Source: Takakia lepidozioides | Lineage: Eukaryota > Plantae > Bryophyta | Direction: 5' to 3' | Assembly: GCA_030704615.1 (NCBI GenBank) | Contig: CM060731.1 | Location: 3,100,001 to 3,164,000, forward strand | Length of the DNA stretch: 64,000 bases | In this document: positions 48,127 to 58,251 of the stretch, piece by piece | How positions within the stretch are numbered: the first letter of the stretch is position 1 | Layout: every line of letters starts with the position of its first letter | The notes under the pieces: model-generated | Databases searched by the model: none | Seen by the model: only the letters and a program-made list of their open reading frames with translations | Told to the model about the DNA's origin: nothing | Made by a program: the position numbers and the translations under genes

Positions 48127-49253
48127 TCAATTTGTACAACATCCTCGTTTCTTAACTCCAACAACATCATCTTTCGGGTCAGTAAGATTGATTTTTGTGC
48201 CAAGTAATAGTGGAGAGGTTCCATTTCCTTGGCTTTCATCCGCAATTAGGGCCTTTTTGCTGACTACCCTGTAGATTTCTGACAACACCGTGTAAAATGC
48301 AGCCTCAACGTTAATGGACTCCATAGCAGAAGTCTCCAGGAAGAACAGCTGTTCTTTCTCTGCATACTCTTTGGCATCATCTGTTGGAACGGCCCGTAGA
48401 TTGCCGAGGTCAGACTTGTTACCAATAAGCATGATAACTATATTGGAGTCAGCATGAGCCCTCAGCTCCTCCAGCCACCTTTGCACATGATCATATGATT
48501 GCCTCTTTGTTATATCATATACCAACATGGCACCTACAGCGCCTCTGTAGTAGGCACTTGTGACAGCCCTGTATCTGTGCATCCACAATACACAAAGACA
48601 TACATCAATACAAATACTGCTTCACTTGAGCAGCTGCACCCGGAAGCCATAAATGGTCCATGCAATCGGCCTTCAGCCGATCACTAAAGTACCCCACACA
48701 ACATGCAACATAAAAGACCATGCCAGAAGCTCCATTGAGTGTCCATTGCAGAAGCTCATATGAGGTTAAACCCTAGCTGCTCCTTACAGTCTCAAACTCT
48801 TATGTGAACCTTGTACTTCGAAAATGAGAAGGAAGGGTTTACCCTGCTCAAGAAAAGATGCGCGTTGACGTTATGGTCTCTGCATGCAGTGGCCGCTCTC
48901 TTTCAGTGGCAGGGTAGATCTCTAAATCGCTTTGAAAGAGCAGGCTCAGGCCAGCAGTGCAATCAATATTCATTTGTAATTCACTCTTCAATAATAAATC
49001 AAAGAGTGTGAGAGAGTTGTGCAAACCTTTCCTGACCAGCTGTGTCCCATATCTGAGCCTTGATGGTCTTCTGATCCACAACAATGGTACGCGTTTGAAA
49101 TTCAACACCAATGGTTGCTTTGGACTCCAGGCTGAATTCATTCCGTGAAAACCTCGCCAGCAGCTGCGACTTTCCCACTGCTGAATCGCCAATGAGCACC
49201 ACCTTGAACACATAGTCTATCTTGTGGTCGTACTCGTTATACCCATTCGACAT
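48127..49253 (-). CDS. RABA4: Rab11/RabA small GTPase (RabA4-like), 2 exons
   Basis: Exons 49253-49027 and 48574-48127. [15 protein letters not shown]|[26 protein letters not shown]-terminal CCTN prenylation motif. Confidence 0.95.
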
Positions 49254-50936
49254 CGTTCCAGTGCGGTTGTGTATGGACAAATAACCCTTGATATATCACC
49301 AACACTGATTCCACATGTAAGACTAAAAGGGGAACCACAGCAGATACCAACCTATTTTGCACGTCTTCAGGCAACTTCCCCTTCAGTGACTTGAAAAACC
49401 TCTTCACTGTGACTGATACCAACCAGTTAAGAGTTCCTTGCCTCTGAGACCTGATGAGAGAATTCCGTGTGCCCTCAGAAGATGAAAAGCGAGTGAGCTG
49501 ATATGATCCACAGAGAACTTAGACTTAAATCTATTCAATTCCTCTGCACCGATGCAGTCAGTGCTGAAGCCCTGTGGAACAAATTCAAATCAACTCTATC
49601 TGAAAAACAGATACAACTCGGGACCCAGCTGAGTTTCCCTTCCGTTTCTTGCAAAGCTCTTCCCACAGCCGCTTGACACTAGGATCGATTAGCCTGGCCG
49701 ACCCAATAATGCGATCGCGAAAACAGGATTATACTGGGGCAGCCGTAAGAGTGACAGCAGTGTGACGAAGCCCTCCTCGGTGTGCACAGAGCTCCACGTT
49801 CCCGGTCATCTCTCTCGTTCTCCGCCAGTTCTCTACCAATGAATGAATGGCATATCAGGGGAAGGAGAGCAACATTACCTATATGGTGGTAATGTATGAT
49901 CTTGCTTATGGTATCCTTTACGATTCCAGGCTCCACACCCAAATTGGTTCGGAAGCTTCGCTAGGAGTATAGTCTCGGATATGGTGGAGCCCAAGATTGA
50001 TTATCCGCACGGGACATCGAGCCTGATGTGCGCTGGTTCGATTGTGGGTGTTGGGGCTGTTGCAGTGTTTGAACTTTGAACGTGGAAAAATGTTAATGCT
50101 GCATTCAGGTGTTCACAACCCGTAAAGCATGAGTACCAGTGCTCTGGAGGCTCTTCCAAGAGACTCTGTCAAAGGGTTGTGTGGCATGGAGTTTGCCTTC
50201 ATTCTTTTCCTGGATCCAACATGGCAGCTTTATTTGAAATTCACATGCTGCATACACCACAAGGAATAAATTACCAACGCAATCTGAATTGACCTGCTTG
50301 ACGTGCAAATTCTTTCTTCCTGCAACTATTACTTGAGAGAGAGAGAGGTGGGTTGCCATCTGTGTGCAGTGGGCCTGAGGGAATGCTGAGTCTAAACATC
50401 TCTTTTCTCAACTTTTGCTGCATCTGGTCTCACACACAGTGAACTGAAGGCATTCCAGTCACCAACGACGCACCTTTTCTCCCTCCAAAGAGGGGACGCT
50501 GCAACAAAGTCCCTGGAACCAATTTGACTCACACAGACCCCGCACTACATTTCCTGATAAAAAGTTTGCAGATCCTAAAACCTAAATTGCAAGATCTAAA
50601 ACTCCACAGAACACATCAAACCTGCACGCTTTTCACAACGACTGTAACCAAAGAAATCCATTGCACACCTCAGGTCTTTAATCTCCGATCCAGCTATCGA
50701 GTAGTTGAATCCTCCCAAAGTTCCATAACCTTATACACCTCTTACAAAAATTATCTACAGCTTTCAATCAATACGTGAGACCATCTACAGAAACAATTTA
50801 TCTACATCACTGAATGATAGATCAACAATATGGACCTGAACCAGACTCCACCTCATCTGCCCACACCTCAAGTGCGTAGCAGATGATCATAATTTCACCT
50901 TCAATGTGCAAGCGAAAGTAGAACTCCTGAGAGCTT

Positions 50937-51455
50937 CTACTGGTCCAAAAGTGATGATGAGTTGAGGAGCTTTGACGCCTCACACACAGGAGCCTCGTCA
51001 AAATTCGTCACAGGATACTTCGCACTGAGGATTCCGACATCAAACTCCAAGGTATTGTTATTAACAGAAATGGCAGTGATGCTCCACCAGACGAAGTACG
51101 CCTTCACTGTAATACCGGACAGCTTAGATAACTTCCCATACGACAAATTGCCAGTAATCACCTTGGCATATTGCAACGGGTACTTGTTTTGAATAGTGAC
51201 CTTGCATTTGGCTTCGAGGTAGAGGGTGAACTGCCCATTTGCATAAAAAATGTAACCTGTTACGGTGTGCGGCAACAGGCCTTGAGGAAAACCGTAACCT
51301 TCCAGCCGCTCGTACGCGTCTGAGTCTGCCAGGACCTGCTTCGCGCTGGACAAAGTGATCAACACAAAGGCTGCTGCGAGGACGCACAGTGAGGCTGGCC
51401 CTTGCAGAATTCTTCGATCCCGCTGAAGGACAGATGAAGCCTCTACCCTCTCCAT
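50937..51455 (-). CDS. DUF538 family protein with N-terminal hydrophobic/signal segment
   Basis: AYERLEGYGFPQGLLPHTVTGY...FTLYL..C...YAKVITGNLSYGKLSKLSGITVKAYFVWWSI...FDVGILS...F.E.P.C. Start codon uncertain. Confidence 0.9.
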   Translation of the reverse strand: MERVEASSVLQRDRRILQGPASLCVLAAAFVLITLSSAKQVLADSDAYERLEGYGFPQGLLPHTVTGYIFYANGQFTLYLEAKCKVTIQNKYPLQYAKVITGNLSYGKLSKLSGITVKAYFVWWSITAISVNNNTLEFDVGILSAKYPVTNFDEAPVCEASKLLNSSSLLDQ

Positions 51456-51524
51456 CAAAAAATAATTATCACGATACTGCCCACTGTCACAAACACAAGG
51501 AGGATTAGACAACTGCAGAATTTG

Positions 51525-51556
51525 TCAGAGTCAGAGTCAGAGTCAGAGTCAGAGTC
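51525..51556. repeat. (CAGAGT)n hexamer microsatellite
   Basis: About 5 units of cagagt. Confidence 0.9.
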
Positions 51557-53252
51557 TTCCTATGAGAAGAAGCCGCTTGGCTCGTTAGATTGCTGTGGAG
51601 ATTCACTCTAGGCTGTGAAAACATCCCACAATACGCAAATCTAGCGGATCACAAACTGATGGAAAGCATGCTGAAACTATCGAAAAATAAGGAACTCTGG
51701 TCTGTGAGGTTCAACAACAGGCAGTTCTAGCTTGTGATAATCTGGACAATCAAACACCTGCGAAATGACGACAGCAAATTGAACATCAAGCAACTGTAAC
51801 ATGTGAGTATCCCGAAGAATGAGCAACCGACTTGTAAACTTCCCGAAACTCCCTTACAAGCACCCCCCGAAGAGAACGAGACTCTAGAATGTGAGACCGA
51901 GGACTCCAATCGACTCATTTATATACAGATCCCCTGAAGCCAGCCCAGGTAGGCAAACTTCAGAAAAAACAACTTTCCCGTATCCAACACCCAAAAAGAC
52001 TCTCACTTACAAGGATCCCCGAGTGCCAGATCAGAATCTGCGGTGTGCAGGGAGCGATCGAGCGCAGACTGGACGCGTGCCGACGAGGAAGGTGAGCTGC
52101 CTCTGCCTCGCTCGCTCACATTCGCCCTGCCCACCGTCAGGAAAACAGACCTCCATTTTCTTACTCGATTGAAAAAACCCGTACACCAACATGTTTAGTC
52201 TGTAAAATTCGAGAGCAACAAGACATTCGATCCTTTGCTTAGATGGTTTCCTATCTTCCTTGTACCTTCCAGTAACGAAGACGCCTCCGTGAAGACTAGC
52301 ATTGCCTTTGAAGGAAGGGAATGTTTATATCAATATTCTGTGAACTTAGCTTAGGAGTTTGAACTGCAGATTGTTCGGACGTCTCCAACCGAGTAGTAAT
52401 GACACTGGATATACCGAGGAACAAACCCCTGGATTGACTGAAAGGTTTTATACTGTTGTGGGCACTGTGTAGGCAGATTCCTGCATCAGACTGACAGGGA
52501 GGAGCCTGTTCGATGGTCAGGTAAGTAGTTCGAACTGCACAGTGTCACTGGCTGTGTCGAGCCTTTCCTACCTCTCTTGGGTCATCGGAATGGATCGGTA
52601 TGTCCAACATCTGGTCCTCATAATTGCACGTAGGCCTCACTGTACCAGAAACAGGCTGAGCAACATGGCTGACAATGAAATCTGAACGGTCTCTGTTGAG
52701 TGCACAGTGCTTAATCTGAGGAGTGTTTAATGAAGTACCCACAACAAAAAGCAGTTCTTTGGACGTCAGTGTTATTCTTATCTTATTTCATTCTTTGGAT
52801 TAATTGTGACTGCAAGGCTGGAAGCTCAACTCTCTTGTTTGTAACTAAAAAATCCAGGCTAGTGAACTTCGAAATCTCTTGGAGGATTTGACCAATAGAA
52901 GGAATAGGTGTCAACTTGTCTCAGGATACTGGAAGCTCCCCAATCATACCAAACAAGATCACCCACATACCCAATCTTCTTGAAACTGGGGATTCCATTG
53001 TAAAAGTGGAAAACTTTGAACCCCCATAGCCTTTTTGGAGGGTTTTCTTCATACCTCCTGTACACTGCCATCTGCACAGAAGTATTATGTGACTTCATTA
53101 CAGATGTTAGATAAAGTGACATGAATCACTCTTGTCACCATAAGCAGTTCACAGAATGTGCGATACTGACACTTGCATTGAAAGACAAGTGAACTATTAC
53201 TCCGCCCTCAAGTTTCCAGCAGTGCACATTTTTTCATGCGTGTCATTTGTCT

Positions 53253-55476
53253 TCACCAGTAATCCCCACAAGAACAAATTCCATCATGGAAGTAGTGAAA
53301 GCGGTTGGCATCCCGCACAATAACTGCTCGCCCAACAATCTTGGAGATGAACTTGGTCGCTGTGTGGCAGTCACCACATACCCACAGGTTCTTGATGACA
53401 CGGATGGGTGTCCCAGTGGGTGTGCTGATCAGCCCAAAAGCAATTGCCAGCTTCTCACTGTGGTAGCAGAGAGAGAATTCCTTTTGCTCCTCCTCAATAT
53501 CGTGCAATACAAAGCGTGTGTCAGGCACATACCCAGCCTCCTTCATCTGCCCAGAGAGTCTCTCAAGCTCAGCATGGATTTCCGTAATTTGTGGATGCAA
53601 TTTGTCATCTACAACGAAGGTATGCACCCAATTTTCCATCTCAATGCAGCTGCACCCTGCCTCTTTTCTGACACCTCTGTCTTCCATCATTTTCCTCACC
53701 ATTGCTTGATCATCCCACCTGCCAGCTGCTGCATAGATATTGGATAGCAACACATAAGTTGTGGCATCCAGTGGATGCCACTTGAGAAGGCACTTCGCTG
53801 TACGTTCTGCTCGCTCCACATCGCCGTGAATTCTGCAGGCACCAAGCAATGCTCCCCACACAGCGGCACCTGGTTCTATAGGCATTTTCTCAATGAAATC
53901 CTTTGCATCATCCAATCGCCCTCCACGGCCAAGTAGGTCCACCATGCAGCCAAAATGCTCTGCTGTAGGAGTGAGGCCATGATCTCGACTCATGGAATGA
54001 AAGTAGTGATGGCCTTCATCTACCAGGCCCACATGGCTACATGCAGAGAGAAGACATACAAAGGTGATTCCATCTGGCTTAAAGCCTTCCTGCTGCATTT
54101 GTTCAAATACTTGGACAGCCTCCCTGCCACACCCTTGCTGTCCATATCCTGCTATCATCGGACTCCATGAGACCACATCTCGTTTAGACATATTGGCAAA
54201 CACCTGATGCGCATCCTTCATGCTCCCACATTTGGCGTACATGTAAACAAGGGAATTCTCCAAATTAATATATGATGCAACACCAGCTGTGATGATGTCA
54301 GCATGGACCTCTTTGCCCTTTTCCAGAGCAGCTAGGCTGGCACATGCATTGAGAGCACAAATGAATGTAACCTTGTCGGGCATCACCCCTTCCAGTGTCA
54401 TCTGCTCATACATCTCCAAAGCCTCCCTACCAGACCCATGCTGTACATATCCTGCGATCATGGCACTCCATGAGACCACATTCCGTTTGGCCATATTGTC
54501 GAAAATTTGACGCGCATCCTTCATGCTCCCACATTTGGCATACATATCAGCAAGGGCAGTTTCTAAAATGGTATCGGGTGCAATTCCAGCTTTCATGATG
54601 TCAGTATGGACTTGTTTGCCTTTCTCCAGGGCTGCTAGGCCGGCACACGCGTTGAGAATGCAAATGTACGTCACCTTGTTGGGCATCACTCCTTCCTGTC
54701 TCATTCGCTCATATGTCTCGAAAGCCTCCCTACCACACCCATGCTGAGCATATCCAGTGATCATAGAGCTCCATGCAAACACATTTCGTTCAGCCATATT
54801 GTCGAACACTCGACGAGCATCATTCATGCTACCGCATTTGGCATACATGTCAGCCAGGGCAGTCTCAAGAATGATATCTGGCGCAATTCCAGCTTTGATG
54901 ATGTCAGCATGGACCTTTTTGCCCTTTTCCAGGGCGCCTAGGCTCGCACATGCATTGAGAACACAGGTGAATGTGACCTTGTCGGGTGTCAAACCTTCCC
55001 TTATCATTTGCTCATACATCTGGAAAGCCTCCCTACCACACCCATGCTTCGCATATGCTGATATCAATATCGTCCAAGTAGAGACAGTGCGTTCAAGCAT
55101 CTTGCCAAACAGCCGATGTGCATCTACCACACTCCCGCACTTGGAGTACATGCTTACAAGGGTGTTAAGGAGAAAAACGTTTGGCTTGAATCCACTTTTG
55201 ATGATGTGGTTGTGCACCTGCTTTCCCTCTGCTAGGCCTTTAACTTTGATGCACTCCTGCAAGAGACAGAGATAGGTCTCAGAATCTGTCGAAATCCCTT
55301 GTTGGTTCAATATGTGCAGCGCCTCTGTCAGTTGTCCTGTCTTACATAGTGTCCGCACATCCCCACTAGCACAAGAAGACTTCTTGTTGATTCCTTGTTT
55401 TGCTCCTCTTTCAAAAGAGGTTGTGATAGTGAAGGTGCCTGGTTCAAACAACTGTGCATGATTCAACCCTGCCATC
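53253..55476 (-). CDS. PLS-class PPR-E-DYW organellar C-to-U RNA editing factor (large terminal exon)
   Basis: 740 open codons; repeated P-L-S triplets; E domain; PG-box variant EAGCSCIE; HSEKLA...CGDCH deaminase signature; terminal CSCGDYW. Confidence 0.96.
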
Positions 55477-55685
55477 CTGCATAATTCAAAACTCTTACAA
55501 GTCTTTTGTACTATACTACATAATACATGTCAAAGCTGCTGTACACTTCAAAAAGTATCTGTTCATGAGAAGGACTCATTGTTACATAATAACAGGTTTA
55601 CAAAATATTACTCAAATCATTTTACATTCAGTGTAAACTGCACCAGCCTGTGTTTCAGTTGAAATCCATATCATCAAAATAATAC

Positions 55686-56183
55686 CTGTCGTATGCTTGG
55701 CCTGAAGCATCATGGTGCATATCAACATTAGAACCACTCCAAGACTGTGCTTGACCTTGAAGGATGGCAAATATCTTTGCTTTCACCCAAGGAGGGTTTG
55801 ACCAACCATCAAGCCAAAGGACCTCCTTTGTGTGCTTATGTCTCAAGTCTGGAAATCCTGGACTTCCCTGCAAAAACCACCAGTGGGCAGCTGAGGATAG
55901 CTCAACACACAGCCAGGCTGAAAACTAAGAGTCCGAGCATCATATAGCAGACAACAACCTTGACGAACCAACTCATAGCGATGGAAAGGAACACCTATAC
56001 TGGTTTTAGTGTCTATTAGCAAACTTGTCATTGCTGGAAGTAACCAGAGCTACTTCCAGTCCATTATTCAGCTCTTTTAAATCATGAAGGAAGATAGCCT
56101 CACCTTGTCAAACCTATTGTCCCACCACTGTGAAGGATCTGAGAAGAAATCTTGCCAGAGCTGTTCTCTGCTCCTTGCTTGAC
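55686..56183 (-). CDS. Two small exons encoding an OSB-type PDF motif, spliceable in frame to the PPR-DYW exon
   Basis: Exon 56183-56104 REQLWQDFFSDPSQWWDNRFDK and exon 55867-55686 GSPGFPDLRHKHTKEVLWLDGWSNPPWVKAK...AYD. Both introns are GT-AG with compatible phases. Confidence 0.8.
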
Positions 56184-57269
56184 CTGCGTGCAAGGAGTAC
56201 AAGAACATGAGAACCACATCTGTGTCTGATTGCCTCACCTGTAAAAAATTAGATCTTTTGGAGCTCCTATCCACCCTGATCGTATTTGGGACTGCTTGCG
56301 TTGGTTTTCCATAGAATAAAACACTCTCTCTGGCTGCGCCCCTGCCCTTCCTCAAGCATGGTGTGACTGTGCGTGGCCGCTGTAGCAACTAGGGCCCGAG
56401 TTCAATATCATGGTGGGTAGAAATCCCGCAACTAGCTGAAAGAGGTTTGATGTTTAGCTCATGGTCACATCAAAATCTGCCCTATATCCAACCCTCGGTG
56501 TGATCGGCGATTGCCGCTCTGCACTGCCCGTAGCAATGTGGCTCGCATCTGTGGCAAATGGCTCATCAAATTAAGGAGTAATCCTCTTGCGACTCTTGCT
56601 GAATTTCCACCAGGAGTTATGCCCGGAAGCAACTGAGGTGCTGTTGGAAGGAGGACAGGCTTGTCGATTATACTTCTCCTTGACCATAGGACAGGATGGG
56701 TGTAGTTTTTGCTGAGATGGGTTCTATACAATATCTGATCTGCTTTGTCCGCATGCAGTTTAGAGACCTGAATGCTCGTATGAAAAATTTGCAAGTCCAT
56801 ACCTCTCTTCATTATCCCTGGAGGCAGGGGAGCCGTCATAGCCATCATTCGCGATGTCCCGGGGCTGGAATTGCCAAGTTGGAAACCCAATTCACAGCCG
56901 GGCCCGTTACTCTGCGTGACATGAGGCTCCTCTGCCTTTCACCGGCCGGAGACCACAGGGCCTTAAGAATGGCCTCTCCTGTCCGCGCAGGAGAGCAGCG
57001 AAGCGCACTCCCATAAATAGCCCTGTGCGACAGCTCAGGCAAGAATCGCAAAGCACAAGTAGGCTCGTTGCAGCAACTGTGGACCCACTGAAAACGATCT
57101 CGACACCAAAGTGAATGTGTCAGAACTCAGAACCGGACACACTTGTGGCTTCCCTTTGCGGTGGAGGTTCTTTGTGACTACTCTCATGCAGGTTAAATCA
57201 GCCTATTTTTGCAACTATCTTCATGTAAGAAATCCTAAATCTACCTGTATGGAGGTAATTATAAATTTT

Positions 57270-57370
57270 ATAAAGATAAGATAAAGATTCTTTAACGTCC
57301 CCAGTGAATGTACAGAGCCCACTGCTCAACACACAAGCCATCGAGGGCCCAATGGACGGTCTGAAGGCAA
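57270..57370 (-). mobile_element. SINE family A 3' body and tail
   Basis: Minus strand gccttcagaccgtccatt...cgatggcttgtgtgttgagcagtgggctctgtacattcactgg...tttatcttatcttta matches 12661-12750. Confidence 0.75.
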
Positions 57371-57842
57371 AATAAAACAAGCCTCAAAAGCACAACATAA
57401 GAGGAAGGTAAGAGTAGGGAGCATGACTCAGCACAACACAACACACCAACCAACGCTTTGACAAGGTGTAAGGTCCTTTGACCACATTTTCTCCGTTGAC
57501 TTGCATGTCTCCACAAAGTCTCTCTCTACAAGAGAGCCAATAAAAGATGTGGACACGTGTCACTTGACCCTAGAGGGCTACTGCCTTCTAGTGGGAAGGT
57601 GGACACCGTAATGACAAGTGTTGGGCGATTATTTGAATTTCTCTCTAATACCTGACGGATACCCCCGGCGGTTACCTATCTGGTTACTGACGCAGGTGAA
57701 AAAATCAAGTAACCGGTCCAGTTAGAAACCGGCAGAGGTCACGCATTCAAATAACCGAGCAAAAAACCTCTTACCCAATATCCGCGATTTTTTGATGAAA
57801 ACCGCCGGTTATTTGAGGTTTTTGCAAGTAACCCTATCCAGC

Positions 57843-57905
57843 AAGTTATATCTAGTGCAAGGCACGAACACTCAACCAACCACTGGGCTACCTACTCAAG
57901 TGCAA
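57843..57905 (-). mobile_element. SINE family A 5' head
   Basis: Minus strand gcacttgagtaggtagcccagtggttggttgagtgttcgtgccttgc matches 12584-12627. Confidence 0.7.
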
Positions 57906-57968
57906 CAATTTCTAACTCCTCCACTTGTGGACTCAAGGAAGTATGTGTTGAGACGGTGGGCCCATCTA

Positions 57969-58195
57969 GGGAATTCCAAAAAGGCCTTGATGTGAAATGC
58001 ATGGCAATTCACTTGATCACCCCCCTAAAAGTGCGCAATTCAATTGAACTAACCCTAATTTGCAATTCAATTGAATTGTCGGCACACGATTCAATTGAAT
58101 TGCAAATTAGGGTTAGTTCAATTGAATTGCGCTCTTTTAAGGGGTGATCAAGTGAATTGCGATGCATTTCACATCAAGGCCTTTTTGGAATTCCC
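57969..58195. mobile_element. Fold-back MITE (227 bp, ~108-bp inverted arms, TA flanks)
   Basis: TA-GGGAATTCCAAAAAGGCCTTGATGTGAAATGCAT...ATGCATTTCACATCAAGGCCTTTTTGGAATTCCC-TA; near-perfect palindrome. Confidence 0.9.
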
Positions 58196-58251
58196 TACCC
58201 CATCACCCGAGCAGCCTCATTACGACGAGGCCACACAGAATTCTGAGCCCC

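Noticed and set aside
52859-53122. 87-aa aromatic-rich ORF downstream of the DYW gene
   Set aside because: Possibly a gene relic, but no motif I can assign.
53253-53560. Possible U-to-C (DYW:KP-type) editing domain
   Set aside because: The sequence has canonical HSEKLA and terminal DYW, consistent with the C-to-U type.
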